Below are positions 38,088 to 48,751 of a DNA stretch of 64,000 bases, one piece after another (the stretch's first letter is position 1; each line of letters starts with the position of its first letter). This stretch comes from Spirochaetia bacterium (lineage in GTDB: Bacteria > Spirochaetota > Spirochaetia > SP-2023). Where the stretch lies: contig CBDDCK010000005.1 in assembly GCA_965225855.1 (NCBI GenBank), positions 1,824,001-1,888,000 of the forward strand. Direction: 5' to 3'. The notes under the pieces are model-generated. The model did no database searches. It was not told where the DNA came from and was given only the letters and a program-made list of their open reading frames with translations. The position numbers were made by a program, and so were the translations under genes.

Positions 38088-39284
38088 ATGCTTGAGCCAA
38101 ATCCAACAAAACCAATCAGTGATGGCCCTATTGGCCAGAACATGTGCCCGAAGTCGGGCCAACCTTTGGGCACAGCTTACCAGTTACGCCAGCAGCGCAT
38201 TATCCACGACCCTAAGGAGCTACCTTGGCCTTTGAGCACTCAAGAACAAGCCTACTTTGCTTCCAATGACCTTGGGGGCCGGCTGCCTTTTGCAGTTAGT
38301 AGCCACTATCTCTCACTAGTGCAAGGTGGGGAAGATGACCCGGTGCGCCGCCAAATTGTACCCCGTGCCGAAGAACTGCAGCATATCAGCTATGAGTTGC
38401 AAGACCCTCTGGGCGAAGACCATTATTCGCATAACAGCCAGTATGGCCGGCCAGAGGACAGTCTTAACCCAATGGGGGCGGCCCAATCACGCATGGTGCA
38501 CTGCTATCCATCTCGCTTGCTAGTGTTGGTGGGCGATAGCTGTGCCACTTATTGTCGTCATTGTTTTCGCCGCCGTTTCAGTGGCCAAAATGCTGGTACC
38601 CTACAATACGGCCATTTGCGCAGCATTAGTAGTTACTTGGAACAACATTCGGAAATTCGTGAAATATTACTTACCGGCGGCGATGCCCTAATGATGAACA
38701 CTCATCACCTAGACGGCATTCTGCGGGAGCTACGGCGGGTTCGCCCCGATATAGTCTTTCGTGTGGCGAGCCGCTTGCCGGTAGTGCTACCCCAGCGCTT
38801 TGAACCACAGCTACTACAAGTGCTGAGCCAATACCAGCCACTATGGCTGATCACACACTTTAACCATGTGCAGGAAATCAATGAAGTTACGCGCTATTTT
38901 CTCGGCCAGATTGTCGATAGCGGCATGCCTGTATTAAACCAATCGGTACTGCTGCGTGGGATCAACGATTGTGCTGAAACTTTGGTAGCATTGTTTGAAG
39001 AGCTGGTGCGCCTGCGCTTAAAACCTTATTATCTATTCCAAGGTGATCTTGCCGAAGGAACGGCTCATTTGCGTGTATCTCTTTCGCGTTCATGGGCTAT
39101 TGTTAAGGAATTGCGCCAAAAGCTTTCGGGCATAGCCATGCCACAGTTTGCCGTAGATTTGCCGGGTGGCGGTGGCAAAATACCTTTAACGGAAAACTAC
39201 CTAGTTGGTGAGGAAAAGGAATTTTGGCTATTTCAATCTTTGCAAGGCCAGCTCTACCGCTACCCAAAAGAAGAGGCTCTATAG
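38088..39284 (+). CDS. KamA-family radical SAM enzyme (lysine 2,3-aminomutase-like)
   Basis: CATYCRHCFRR, LTGGD, THFNH, NQSVLLRGIND, DLPGGGGK. Confidence 0.9.
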   Translation: MLEPNPTKPISDGPIGQNMCPKSGQPLGTAYQLRQQRIIHDPKELPWPLSTQEQAYFASNDLGGRLPFAVSSHYLSLVQGGEDDPVRRQIVPRAEELQHISYELQDPLGEDHYSHNSQYGRPEDSLNPMGAAQSRMVHCYPSRLLVLVGDSCATYCRHCFRRRFSGQNAGTLQYGHLRSISSYLEQHSEIREILLTGGDALMMNTHHLDGILRELRRVRPDIVFRVASRLPVVLPQRFEPQLLQVLSQYQPLWLITHFNHVQEINEVTRYFLGQIVDSGMPVLNQSVLLRGINDCAETLVALFEELVRLRLKPYYLFQGDLAEGTAHLRVSLSRSWAIVKELRQKLSGIAMPQFAVDLPGGGGKIPLTENYLVGEEKEFWLFQSLQGQLYRYPKEEAL

Positions 39285-39473
39285 CACAAAGAGCAAATAT
39301 ACTTAATAAAGCATTTCAACTTTTTATTATCAATATTCTTATTGATTGCAATAATAGTTTAATTTTTATACGATGCTTGGCGTTACTTGGCATTGCCGGG
39401 CAATCTTGTCTAAATATTTTCTTTAGGTAGACTCTTTGACTAGACAATTGCAAATACCATAAGGAAATGAGTT

Positions 39474-39983
39474 GTGTTACCTCAAATACTCTATCGCAAT
39501 AACGCATTAATTCTTCAAGACAAAGAGGTTCCTGAAAAAATATTGGAGCGCTTATTAGATGCGGGGAGGCTCAGTCCATCTATCAAAAATCGCCAGCCGT
39601 GGCGTTTTATCGCCATAACTGATATTCAAAAAAAATTAGCTTTAGAAAAAGCTTGTTATGGTGATACTCGCTGTAAAAAAGGGGCTTTGATTGCGGTTTG
39701 TAATGCCAATGCTGACTATAAAATGCCCAATGGTTTTTCAGCAAATTTATTTGATTTAGGGCTTGCTTGTGGGCAAATCATGTTGCAAGCAGAGCAAGAT
39801 AATCTGGCAGCAGAAATACTAACATCTTTTTCACAAGAAGAAGCTGGCCGAATTTTAACATTGCCTTTTGGTGTGTTTGTTGCTGCAATTGTATTATTAG
39901 GTTATCCCATAGAGCTGGAAAAATATGATATGCGCAGTAAGCGTCATCCGCCAGAGCGTACGATTAACTATAATTCTTGGTAA
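39474..39983 (+). CDS. Nitroreductase family protein
   Basis: AGRLSPSIKNRQPWRFI, LGYP. Confidence 0.88.
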   Translation: MLPQILYRNNALILQDKEVPEKILERLLDAGRLSPSIKNRQPWRFIAITDIQKKLALEKACYGDTRCKKGALIAVCNANADYKMPNGFSANLFDLGLACGQIMLQAEQDNLAAEILTSFSQEEAGRILTLPFGVFVAAIVLLGYPIELEKYDMRSKRHPPERTINYNSW

Positions 39984-40072
39984 ATTTGGCAAACTTGAAG
40001 TTTTACTTTTTCAAAAACCTTTTATGATTTTTATAAATATTTCTTAATGTTATATTTTGATTTTTAACTATT

Positions 40073-41326
40073 ATGTCGGAGGACAATATGCGAGTTGGCA
40101 TTGAAATAATTAACCTCTACGGTGGAGCTATGTCGCTAGATATGCGTGCATTGGCACAAGCACGTGGCAAAGACCCTGACAAAGATGTTTCTGAGTTACT
40201 CATCAATCGTAGAACTCTTCTTCCCCCATGGGAAGATATTATCACCATTGCTGCCAATGCAGCTAAACCAATCATCAGTCCAGAAATTGCTGAAAAGATT
40301 GGCTTATTTATTGTCGGGACAGAAGGCTCTACAGACTTTGGCAAACCGATTAGTACGAATTTACATGAAGCATTAGGTCTGCCTTCCAATGTGCGAAATT
40401 TTGAAACAAAGCATGCTTGTTTTTCCGGCATGGCTGGGCTAGACAGTGCGATCGATTGGGTTTCGGCAGGCTATAATCAAGATCGCAAAGCGTTGGTAAT
40501 AGCTGCGGACTTCAGCCGTATGCATATGAATACCAAGCAGGAATTTGTAATGGGTGGTGTGGCTACCGCCATGGTAATCAGCAACCAGCCTGAAATTATT
40601 GAGTTTGAATTAGGCAAACGCGGTAACTGGACAACCAACATTTATGATACTTATCGGCCTACGGCCCGTGATGAAATGGGCAACAATGAAACCAGCCTTT
40701 TTACTTATATTGATGCGTTAGATGGTGCTTATAATGACTATCTAAAAATTGTGGAAAAAATGGGTGAGCAGATTGATTTTAATACCTATTTCAAAAAATT
40801 TGTTTTTCATACGCCGTTTGCCGGCATGGCCTTTCAGGCCTTTCGTTCTTTAAATAGCATCGCTAGCAGTGGCAGAAAAAAAGCTGAATTACGGACTGAT
40901 TTTGAGACCAAAGTTTTACCTGCGCTGCGCATCTCGCGTTTGGTTGGCAGTTGCTATGCTTCCAGTAACTATGCTGGGGTTGTTAGTTTGATTTTAGAGC
41001 GTGATGATTTGAAGCCGGGCGACCGCATTGGTTTTTATGCTTATGGTTCTGGTGCTATTGGGGAATTTTACAGTGCTAAGGTTTGCGCTGGTGCGAAGAA
41101 AAGATTGCAGCAATTGCAAATTATTGAAAATCTAAAGAATCGCTATGATGCTAGCGTTAACGAGTATGAAGAGAATGAGAATTTGCGTGATTCTTATGTA
41201 GAGAAAGCAGACTTTGAGACCGATCTATCGAAGCCTGCGGGGGTTTACGATAGATTTTATCGTGGTCAAGATTTGTACGTTTTAAAAAGTGTGAAAGACT
41301 ATCAGCGCAAATATGAATGGAGCTGA
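40073..41326 (+). CDS. HMG-CoA synthase family protein (PksG/MvaS-like)
   Basis: WEDIIT, GTEGSTDFGK, ETKHAC, FHTPF, YGSG. Confidence 0.9.
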   Translation: MSEDNMRVGIEIINLYGGAMSLDMRALAQARGKDPDKDVSELLINRRTLLPPWEDIITIAANAAKPIISPEIAEKIGLFIVGTEGSTDFGKPISTNLHEALGLPSNVRNFETKHACFSGMAGLDSAIDWVSAGYNQDRKALVIAADFSRMHMNTKQEFVMGGVATAMVISNQPEIIEFELGKRGNWTTNIYDTYRPTARDEMGNNETSLFTYIDALDGAYNDYLKIVEKMGEQIDFNTYFKKFVFHTPFAGMAFQAFRSLNSIASSGRKKAELRTDFETKVLPALRISRLVGSCYASSNYAGVVSLILERDDLKPGDRIGFYAYGSGAIGEFYSAKVCAGAKKRLQQLQIIENLKNRYDASVNEYEENENLRDSYVEKADFETDLSKPAGVYDRFYRGQDLYVLKSVKDYQRKYEWS

Positions 41327-42137
41327 ATGTTGTTTATTGCCGTTAGTTTCGGCCCCTAGTGTAAAGGATAAAGCAGAAGCTGGCTTTTTGGGCTTAATCA
41401 CGCTTAGCGACCCAAGTAAAAACGGCAATGCCCTAAATGTTGCATTATTGCAGGGCTTAATCCAGCAGTTGCATCAATGGCAAGCACAAAATGTAAGGGC
41501 CGTTATTTTGCGTTCTTCCAGTGTTATTGCGTTTTCAGTGGGTATGGATTTTGAGCTATTCCAAAGCCGTAGCTCTACAGGCAAAGAGGCCGCATCATTG
41601 TACCGCTGCTGTTTGGATTGTGTTTACCGATTCCCTGCTCCTGTGTTTTGTATATTGGAGAAACCTGCCCGCGCAGGAGGTGTTGGTTTGGTTATGGCAG
41701 CGGACTTAGTGATTGCTAAAGCAGAAGCTAGCCTTACTTTAGGTGAGGCACTATTTGGTTTGATTCCTGCCAATGTTATGCCGTATTTGCGTAAGCGGCT
41801 TAGTGAGAGAAAGGCCAATCAGTTGGTATTGTTAGCCGAAGATATTTGTGGCGATACTTTGCTTGAATGGGGACTAGTGGATTTTGTAACTGATGAGGTA
41901 GAAAAAACGTTGCGAAAGCTACTGCGCAGTATATTGCGTTGCAGCCCTGTAGCTTTAGCTCTGCAAAAGACCTTTAGCCGAGATATGTCATACAAATCTT
42001 TTAATGAACAGCAAAATATGGCTGAAGAAACTCTGGCAGCTTTTTTAAAAGATTCGGGAGTTTCAATGGCAATTTCTGCCTTCTTAGAAGGCAATTTAGG
42101 TCCTTGGAATGCTAAGCTACCTAAAGGTCTATTATAA
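41313..42137 (+). CDS. Enoyl-CoA hydratase/isomerase (PksH/LiuC-like)
   Basis: NAL, AFSVGMDF, AGGVGLVMAADLV, EALFGLIPANV; overlaps the upstream gene by 14 nt. Confidence 0.88.
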   Translation: MNGAECCLLPLVSAPSVKDKAEAGFLGLITLSDPSKNGNALNVALLQGLIQQLHQWQAQNVRAVILRSSSVIAFSVGMDFELFQSRSSTGKEAASLYRCCLDCVYRFPAPVFCILEKPARAGGVGLVMAADLVIAKAEASLTLGEALFGLIPANVMPYLRKRLSERKANQLVLLAEDICGDTLLEWGLVDFVTDEVEKTLRKLLRSILRCSPVALALQKTFSRDMSYKSFNEQQNMAEETLAAFLKDSGVSMAISAFLEGNLGPWNAKLPKGLL

Positions 42138-42807
42138 TTACAGTAGGCCCGTAACTAAAATATAGTACGATCGTTTATTAATGCCACATTTAGCTAGCAA
42201 TGGTGTAAGCGCGGCAAAAAATGGCTTAGTGTCAACGACGTAACGGTTTCTACTTTAAAGCTTAATATATACCTGCCAATCAAAGGGTAGGGGCGTATGA
42301 ATTACGGGTAACCGCCACAAATGATAGTAAAGTTTACCCATTCACTGTCCGTAAATGCGATTGCCCTGCGCCGAGTACCAACCATAAGCCAGCCGATATA
42401 AAGGAACTTAAAAGTTTACTACTCAATTATGATTCTTTTAGAGGTTTTCATTCTAATAACCGCCCTTCTTAGAATGCAAACAAGCGGCCTAAATTTCCTC
42501 AATAGTTTATATTTCCTATTAATTAGTTTAAGGCAGATAAGAGGTTTTAGCTGCCTTTTGTTTTATTGCGTTTTTTCTAATGTAAATTATGGCTATTTAT
42601 ATTTTACAGATACGCCCTTATCTTGCTCATAATAGATTATATATTTGTATTATGATAGGTTATTGATATTGTTTTATTAAATTTTGGATATATTATTATT
42701 GTGTTAGTTTTATTGGCTAGAATAAAGCTGATAAAGTCTTCCTTAAATAAGTAAAAGGATACCATTTATACTTGTATTGCATTGTTAGAGAAATTATTGT
42801 TGGCTCT

Positions 42808-43575
42808 ATGGAATACTATAATAGCTTTCACAGTATTAGCGAGTTTTTAAAACAGGGTAAGGGTTGCCTGCTGGTGGATAGCCAGAGATTGCACAATGCG
42901 CAACGGCAGGATCGTAAAATAAAAAAGAGCCGTTTATTACAATTGATAGAGCTCGCACAGCAAAATAAGGTAACAGTGGAACAGCGTTCACCACAGCAAT
43001 TGCAAGGGCTTTTAGAACAGGGCCATTATCGCGGTTATATACTAGCGTTGCAGCCATCTAGTGGCTTGCAAGCCAAGGCCCAAAATATTGGCGATATAAT
43101 CACCCGCAAGCCACCATTGGTATTGTTGTTAGACGGTGTATTAGATGTAGGCAATTTAGGGGCCATCGTCCGCAATGCGGACTCATTTGGAGCTGGTGCG
43201 GTTTTTATTTCGTACCGCAGTGCGGGTGGGAGATACCAGCACAACAATCAACAGAACCAATTGGGGCGCGCTTCTTCTGGAGCTAATGCCTGGGTGCCGA
43301 CTATTGCAGGCAACTTGGCCCAAATGGCTAAACAGCTACAAGGCGCAGGTTATTGGCTCTATGGTGCGGACATGCAGGGCCGGGCAGTAGCGCAGCAACA
43401 ATTTAGCCAACCGTGCGCTTTACTGCTCGGTAGTGAAGAGAGCGGCATTAGCCCCCAATTGCGTGGGCAGTGCGATGCTCTAGTTTCTATTCCTACTGAA
43501 GGCCACCTTGACTCGCTCAATGTTTCTGCTGCCGCAGCGGTACTCATGTATGAAGTCAAACGGCAATCAAGGTGA
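42808..43575 (+). CDS. rlmB: 23S rRNA 2'-O-methyltransferase, TrmH/SpoU family
   Basis: LDGVLDVGNLGAIVR, LGSEESG, SLNVS. Confidence 0.85.
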   Translation: MEYYNSFHSISEFLKQGKGCLLVDSQRLHNAQRQDRKIKKSRLLQLIELAQQNKVTVEQRSPQQLQGLLEQGHYRGYILALQPSSGLQAKAQNIGDIITRKPPLVLLLDGVLDVGNLGAIVRNADSFGAGAVFISYRSAGGRYQHNNQQNQLGRASSGANAWVPTIAGNLAQMAKQLQGAGYWLYGADMQGRAVAQQQFSQPCALLLGSEESGISPQLRGQCDALVSIPTEGHLDSLNVSAAAAVLMYEVKRQSR

Positions 43576-44145
43576 TGCAGAGCGGTAGCGAAAGCCGGCC
43601 TTTAGAACCTGCTTATTGGTAGGGTTGTGCTTGCGGTTGCGTGCAGAAATTACTATATCCAGCGTTTGCTCAATGTCCTGCGGGGAAGCTAGCTGCGGCC
43701 GCCATACCAAAAGCTGGCCGACACAAGCGATGTTGGCCGCGCGTTCAGAACCCAATTGCTGCGACAATTCTGTAGCGGGCAGCCCCACCACTTGTATATC
43801 ATGGCGTTGCGGGCGATCTTCTATCAAGGTAGTGTTATAGATGAGCAAGCCACCCGTGCGTAGCTGTGATTCAAATTTCAGCAGCGATGGGCGGTTGAGG
43901 ACAATTAGCACTGTGGGTTCGGCCACCAGTGGCGAAGCAATGGCATTGTTGGAAATCACTACCGAGCAGCGGGCTGTACCCCCGCGCATCTCCGCCCCAT
44001 AAGAAGGTATATCGGTAACATGCAAACCCTTGCGCATAGCCGATACCGTGAGCAAATGCCCAGCTAGCAGTACACCTTGGCCACCAAAACCACTCACAAT
44101 AATCTGTTCGTGTAGCGGTTGTTGTCCGTCTTGTTGTTGATCCAC
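43567..44145 (-). CDS. 2-oxoacid:ferredoxin oxidoreductase gamma subunit
   Basis: SGFGGQG, SYGAEMRGGTA. Confidence 0.93.
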   Translation of the reverse strand: MDQQQDGQQPLHEQIIVSGFGGQGVLLAGHLLTVSAMRKGLHVTDIPSYGAEMRGGTARCSVVISNNAIASPLVAEPTVLIVLNRPSLLKFESQLRTGGLLIYNTTLIEDRPQRHDIQVVGLPATELSQQLGSERAANIACVGQLLVWRPQLASPQDIEQTLDIVISARNRKHNPTNKQVLKAGFRYRSASP

Positions 44146-44160
44146 GATAGAGTCTCCTAA

Positions 44161-45048
44161 TCAACTCACTTTAGAGCAGTTTTCACTTGCTCCTTCAGCC
44201 CGTTCAGCGTTTGGCTGTTTGGGAGCATCTGGCGGATTGCCCTTACTACTGTTTGGTTCGACCTTACCCTTGTCGCGCAAAGTACCCAGAGGGTAGGTTT
44301 TGGTTAGGTTTTGGTTAATCCACTCTGCCGATTTGGCCGGCGATAGCCCCCAAGCGGTAGGGCACATAGAAAGCACTTCCACAAAGCTATAGCCTCGGCC
44401 TTCATGCTGGTATTGTAGAGCTTTAGCGATATTCTTGCGGGTCTTACGCACTTGGGCGGCATTATGCACGCTGCAGCGCGTAATAAAGTAAGGGGCCTCA
44501 AGAGTGTTTAGTAGCTCCGCTGCACGAATCGGTGCGCCTTCGGTGGACATATCTCGGCCACCTAGGGTTGTAGTAGTCTTCTGCTCTACTAGAGTGGTGG
44601 GCGCCATTTGCCCACCCGTCATACCATAGACGGTATTATTGACAAAGATCACAGTGATATGCTCACCTCGGTTGGCAGCATGCACCGTTTCTGCCATGCC
44701 GATAGCCAGCAGGTCGCCATCACCTTGATAGGAAATCACGATATTGTCTGGATTGGCCCGCTTGACCCCTGTTGCTACGGCTGGAGCCCGGCCATGGGCA
44801 GCCTCTAGCCCATCGACATCTAAATAATCATACAGCAGTACGGAACAACCCACCGGTGCCATAATTACCGTACGCTCGCGCAGATCCATCTCGTCAATAC
44901 ACTGGGCAATCAGTTTATGCAGAATGCCGTGTCCACAACCAGAACAGTAATGGGTGCGGCGTTCCCGCAGGGCTTTCGGGCGTTGATATAGCAGCTTAGC
45001 CCCTTGATCTTGGGCTACTCTAATGTCTTCTTTTACTTGTTCATACAT
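44161..45048 (-). CDS. 2-oxoacid:ferredoxin oxidoreductase beta (TPP-binding) subunit
   Basis: YCSGCGHG, HGRAPA, QGDGD, YGMTGGQMAPT, CPT. Confidence 0.93.
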   Translation of the reverse strand: MYEQVKEDIRVAQDQGAKLLYQRPKALRERRTHYCSGCGHGILHKLIAQCIDEMDLRERTVIMAPVGCSVLLYDYLDVDGLEAAHGRAPAVATGVKRANPDNIVISYQGDGDLLAIGMAETVHAANRGEHITVIFVNNTVYGMTGGQMAPTTLVEQKTTTTLGGRDMSTEGAPIRAAELLNTLEAPYFITRCSVHNAAQVRKTRKNIAKALQYQHEGRGYSFVEVLSMCPTAWGLSPAKSAEWINQNLTKTYPLGTLRDKGKVEPNSSKGNPPDAPKQPNAERAEGASENCSKVS

Positions 45049-46213
45049 AGCTTACCACCTTTTGTTTTACTTTCTCGATAATCTTACTCACTACTGGCGG
45101 GGCACCCCCGACTGTACCATAACAATCTACTGCTACATTGCGGTTGCTGCAATGCAAGCGCACATCATCGGCAAACTGTCCATAGCTCATCTCTACCACT
45201 AATATTTTGTTGCTGCACAGTGTTTCTAACACTTGGTGCAGTTGCTGTTGCGGGAATGGCCACAAGGTTAAGGGCTGGAATAATGCCACGGCAATACCTT
45301 CTTGGGCCAAACGGGTTTTGGCCTCAAAACACAGGCGCGCTGGCATACCATAGGCGCACAATAACACTTGCGCAGGGGCCTCGGCCAACTCGACAATCGC
45401 GCGGCTTTCATTTTGCTTGACTTCTTCATAAACTTGGAACAGTTGGTTTACATGGCGTTCTAGGCCTTGGTGCCCCTCTTCTAAATGAATCGAAGCGATC
45501 TTTCGCCCAGGACGGCTTCTAGCACCATCTAGCACATAGCCATCTTGATAGGGCCGCTGATAACCATGGCATAGAGTGGGCATATACAATGGTTCGGCCA
45601 TTTGGCCTAAGTAGCCATCTAGCAAAAGCATTACCACCATGCGGTAGCGGTCTGCCAAGTCAAAAGCTAGTAAGGTCAATTCGGCAATGTTTTGGCCACA
45701 AGATGGCGATAGCACAATGCAATGGTAATCACCATTGCCGCCGCCTTTTACGGCTTGGTTGTAGTCTCCCTGGGCCCCCGATATATTGCCCAAACCGGGC
45801 CCGCCACGCATAACGTTGACGACTACCGAAGGCAGCCGAGCTCCAGCTAAGTAGGAAATACCTTCCTGCATGAGGGATATACCCGGTGAAGATGATGAAG
45901 TCATCGTTCGCACCCCAGCAGCGGCTGCGCCAAATACCATGTTAATTGAGGCCGGCTCACTCTCGGCTTGTAGAAAACAACCATCGACTTCTGGCATTCG
46001 CTTGGCAAAATAAGTGGGTATCTCGTTTTGCGGTGTAATAGGGTAGCCAAAGTAGTGGCGGCAACCGGCAATGATGGCCGCTTCAGCCAGAGCTTCATTG
46101 CCCTTCATCAAAATTCGGCCATCGGTAGGCACGCCGGCTATTTCTGACACCACGTTTTCCCCATCTTTGTGCGTGCGGAAACGGCTACTGTTTACTTGTT
46201 TGGCTTCAGCCAT
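45041..46213 (-). CDS. 2-oxoacid:ferredoxin oxidoreductase alpha subunit (VorB-like, branched-chain type)
   Basis: GNEA, YFGYPITPQ, TSSSSPG, RGGPGLG; start at ATG 46213 after a GGAG RBS. Confidence 0.92.
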   Translation of the reverse strand: MAEAKQVNSSRFRTHKDGENVVSEIAGVPTDGRILMKGNEALAEAAIIAGCRHYFGYPITPQNEIPTYFAKRMPEVDGCFLQAESEPASINMVFGAAAAGVRTMTSSSSPGISLMQEGISYLAGARLPSVVVNVMRGGPGLGNISGAQGDYNQAVKGGGNGDYHCIVLSPSCGQNIAELTLLAFDLADRYRMVVMLLLDGYLGQMAEPLYMPTLCHGYQRPYQDGYVLDGARSRPGRKIASIHLEEGHQGLERHVNQLFQVYEEVKQNESRAIVELAEAPAQVLLCAYGMPARLCFEAKTRLAQEGIAVALFQPLTLWPFPQQQLHQVLETLCSNKILVVEMSYGQFADDVRLHCSNRNVAVDCYGTVGGAPPVVSKIIEKVKQKVVSYV

Positions 46214-46451
46214 TTTTGGCTCCTTCGACACCTGTGATTTGTATGGCGACTTCAGGGCACATCTCAGCACAAGAAAGACAACCAATGCAGGCATCATGGT
46301 CAATACATTCCATTGGGTTTAGTCCCTGTGTGTTAATCCTTTGTGAATACTGCAAAATTTTTTTAGGGCAGTTGGCAATGCACAGGCCGCAGCTTTTGCA
46401 AACTTCATCATCAACCCATATATGCCAGCTTTTAAAGGAAGGTTTAGCCAT
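46206..46451 (-). CDS. 2x[4Fe-4S] ferredoxin (delta subunit)
   Basis: CKSCGLCIANCP and CIGCLSCAEMCP. Confidence 0.93.
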   Translation of the reverse strand: MAKPSFKSWHIWVDDEVCKSCGLCIANCPKKILQYSQRINTQGLNPMECIDHDACIGCLSCAEMCPEVAIQITGVEGAKNG

Positions 46452-47085
46452 ATTCTTCCTCCTTTATGGAGGATAGACGGACATTTTCATTGAGTATTGT
46501 TTGGTTTTGCTGTTTCTGCCGTTGTACCTGTTGTGTTAGGCAGCGGTCAAAGCAAGTGGCAAAATGTTGTAAGTGTTTTGCACTATAGGTGTTGGGCTTT
46601 CCCTTCCCCTGAATAGGGGGAAACAAATCTTGATTACGCAGCTCCAAAGTGAGATCGCGCCGCCTGCGGCGCGCCGAAACATTTTCACCGTTATATTCTA
46701 AGCCACGGTCATTGATAATGCGTACGGTATTTCCCTTTTCAAGATACAGTTTTTCAGCAAAGACAATATCGCGGGTAATAATAATATCCCCCGGCAAACA
46801 ATGAATTTGAATAAATTCATCACAAGCATCAGGGCCACTGACAACTTCGTGAAAATATAGGCATTTTTCAACCGATGGAGCAATTATAAGCTTGGGGCTA
46901 GCAGCAACAAAATGGAAAGACAAATAAAACTGACGCACTCCACCATTATAACACAACTGCTCTGGCACCCTTTGTTCATCGGCATTGAGGCGAGACGCTG
47001 CTCGCAATAACACACGGCGCACTTGTTTGGGGCACGAATCTGCATCGACCCAAATATGTAACAGCGTTTTAGGAATTTCTAACAT
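46444..47085 (-). CDS. YaiI/YqxD (DUF188) family protein
   Basis: IWVDADSCP, DACD, GDIIITRDI. Confidence 0.85.
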   Translation of the reverse strand: MLEIPKTLLHIWVDADSCPKQVRRVLLRAASRLNADEQRVPEQLCYNGGVRQFYLSFHFVAASPKLIIAPSVEKCLYFHEVVSGPDACDEFIQIHCLPGDIIITRDIVFAEKLYLEKGNTVRIINDRGLEYNGENVSARRRRRDLTLELRNQDLFPPIQGKGKPNTYSAKHLQHFATCFDRCLTQQVQRQKQQNQTILNENVRLSSIKEEEYG

Positions 47086-47091
47086 TACTAT

Positions 47092-48273
47092 TTATATATC
47101 CTTAGCTAAAGCTACATAAAGAATAGCATCTTTATCTCCAATCTCCGCATTTTTAGCACTGATGGCACCACTTCCTGCTGGAATAATGCAGGATTCACCT
47201 TGTTGTAAAATAACGCCGTTGATTTCAGCGCAGCCTTGGTAGACAAACGCTAACATCACTGGATGCTGGAACGGAATATACAGTGCCGAATTTTCTGAAT
47301 TGAGCTTCCAGCATTCTAGGTGAAATTCTTCGGCAGAAACAGGGTAATAACTCCGATGCAAGTCCATCTTAGATTCTTCTATTATACAGGGCATAAACTC
47401 TGCAAAAGCTAAAATTTTCATAAGTTCGGGTATATCCTGATGCTTGGGAGTCAAACCACCCCGCAGTACATTATCTGAATTAGCCATTAGTTCCATGGCA
47501 GAACCTTCAAGGTAGGCATGCAATATACCAGCAGGCAAAAACACCGCTTGGCCCGGGTTAAGACAAAATAAATTTAGGTAGAGTGGAGCCAATGCACCTA
47601 AATCATTTGGATAAAGTTCAGTCAAACAAGCCACCCACTTTTTTATATCAGGGGTAAAATTGGCTAAATTTTTTAAAGCGGAATTGAGTAAATTGGTTTT
47701 CTGCTCTGGTTTTAATCCCATAAGATTGGCAAAAAAACTTTTGTGATCGTTAAAACTAAGTAGCCCATCATTCGCAAAATAGCCAAAGTGCTGTGCAATT
47801 TTTTCCATAGGACGGAAACCACAGAGTGCCCAAAATGGAGTTAAAGCCAAGGTTATTTCAGGCTTGTGGTTTGTATCTTTATAATTGCGCTCTGGTTCAT
47901 TTAAAGCGATACCTGCAGTATTTTCGCGTGCAAAGCCTGCTATTGCTTGATTTTTGTTCGGATGTGCTTGAATGGATAAAGGCGTACTAGCTGCTAGAAC
48001 TTTAAACAAAAACGGTAAGTTATGATACTTGGCTGCAGTATTTTTGCCAAGGCCGATATTCAGTGTGCCATCGCTATCCAACAAATATTGGGACAAAGAA
48101 ATTTGTTTGGCAGAGCTTTCAGCAATATAAGATTCTCCCAAAGGGTGGACACCCATCCATAATTCAGCTTGCGGTTTTTTTTGCGAGTTTTCATAACCCA
48201 GTAATTCTGGCAAATAGGCCACCGAGCCCCAAGCAAATGCCTGAATTTGATTGTGTAATTTTGCAACTTTCAT
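47092..48273 (-). CDS. manA: Mannose-6-phosphate isomerase, class I
   Basis: AELWMGVHP, LSIQAHP, NHKPE, HAYL, NSDNVLRGGLTPK. Confidence 0.95.
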   Translation of the reverse strand: MKVAKLHNQIQAFAWGSVAYLPELLGYENSQKKPQAELWMGVHPLGESYIAESSAKQISLSQYLLDSDGTLNIGLGKNTAAKYHNLPFLFKVLAASTPLSIQAHPNKNQAIAGFARENTAGIALNEPERNYKDTNHKPEITLALTPFWALCGFRPMEKIAQHFGYFANDGLLSFNDHKSFFANLMGLKPEQKTNLLNSALKNLANFTPDIKKWVACLTELYPNDLGALAPLYLNLFCLNPGQAVFLPAGILHAYLEGSAMELMANSDNVLRGGLTPKHQDIPELMKILAFAEFMPCIIEESKMDLHRSYYPVSAEEFHLECWKLNSENSALYIPFQHPVMLAFVYQGCAEINGVILQQGESCIIPAGSGAISAKNAEIGDKDAILYVALAKDI

Positions 48274-48751
48274 TAGACCTATCTTAGGTTCAAAATTTCG
48301 TTTATACAACGTTGTTGTTCTTGTTGTTAATTGTTGTTGGTTTTTATCAAAATTATATATTATAAAAATTTAATATATAATTTTGATAAAATATTATGTA
48401 AAAGTAAGTCAATTATTCCGATCCTAAACGATTTTCATTTAAACGTGTTGTTAAAAAATAACGGATTAAGCGACAGTTTTTGATAATTTGTCAAATATAT
48501 TGTGTAATGGAATATAAGCTCTAAAGAATCTTTTACCTTGATATTGATAGCTGTGATCTCTACAATGCTATCTAGTTTTTCCAACCTAATTTTCAAGCCA
48601 CAAGGGCAATAAGTGGAAGATGAATTCGCGATTGGCTTTTATTACTATTCTTGTATAACAGCAATAAAACAAGCGAGTAAGCGTTGGGATTTGTTTGTCT
48701 ACAATAATTATTTCTTTTAGAGAATATTGTTACAATTGATTAGGAGCCTTT

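Noticed and set aside
42140..42420. Possible decayed gene after the ECH gene
   Set aside because: Composition looks coding-like, but frames are interrupted and no family is recognisable.
48400..48750. SRP RNA next to ffh
   Set aside because: The conserved domain IV motif (CAGG...GGAA...AGCAG) was not found on either strand.
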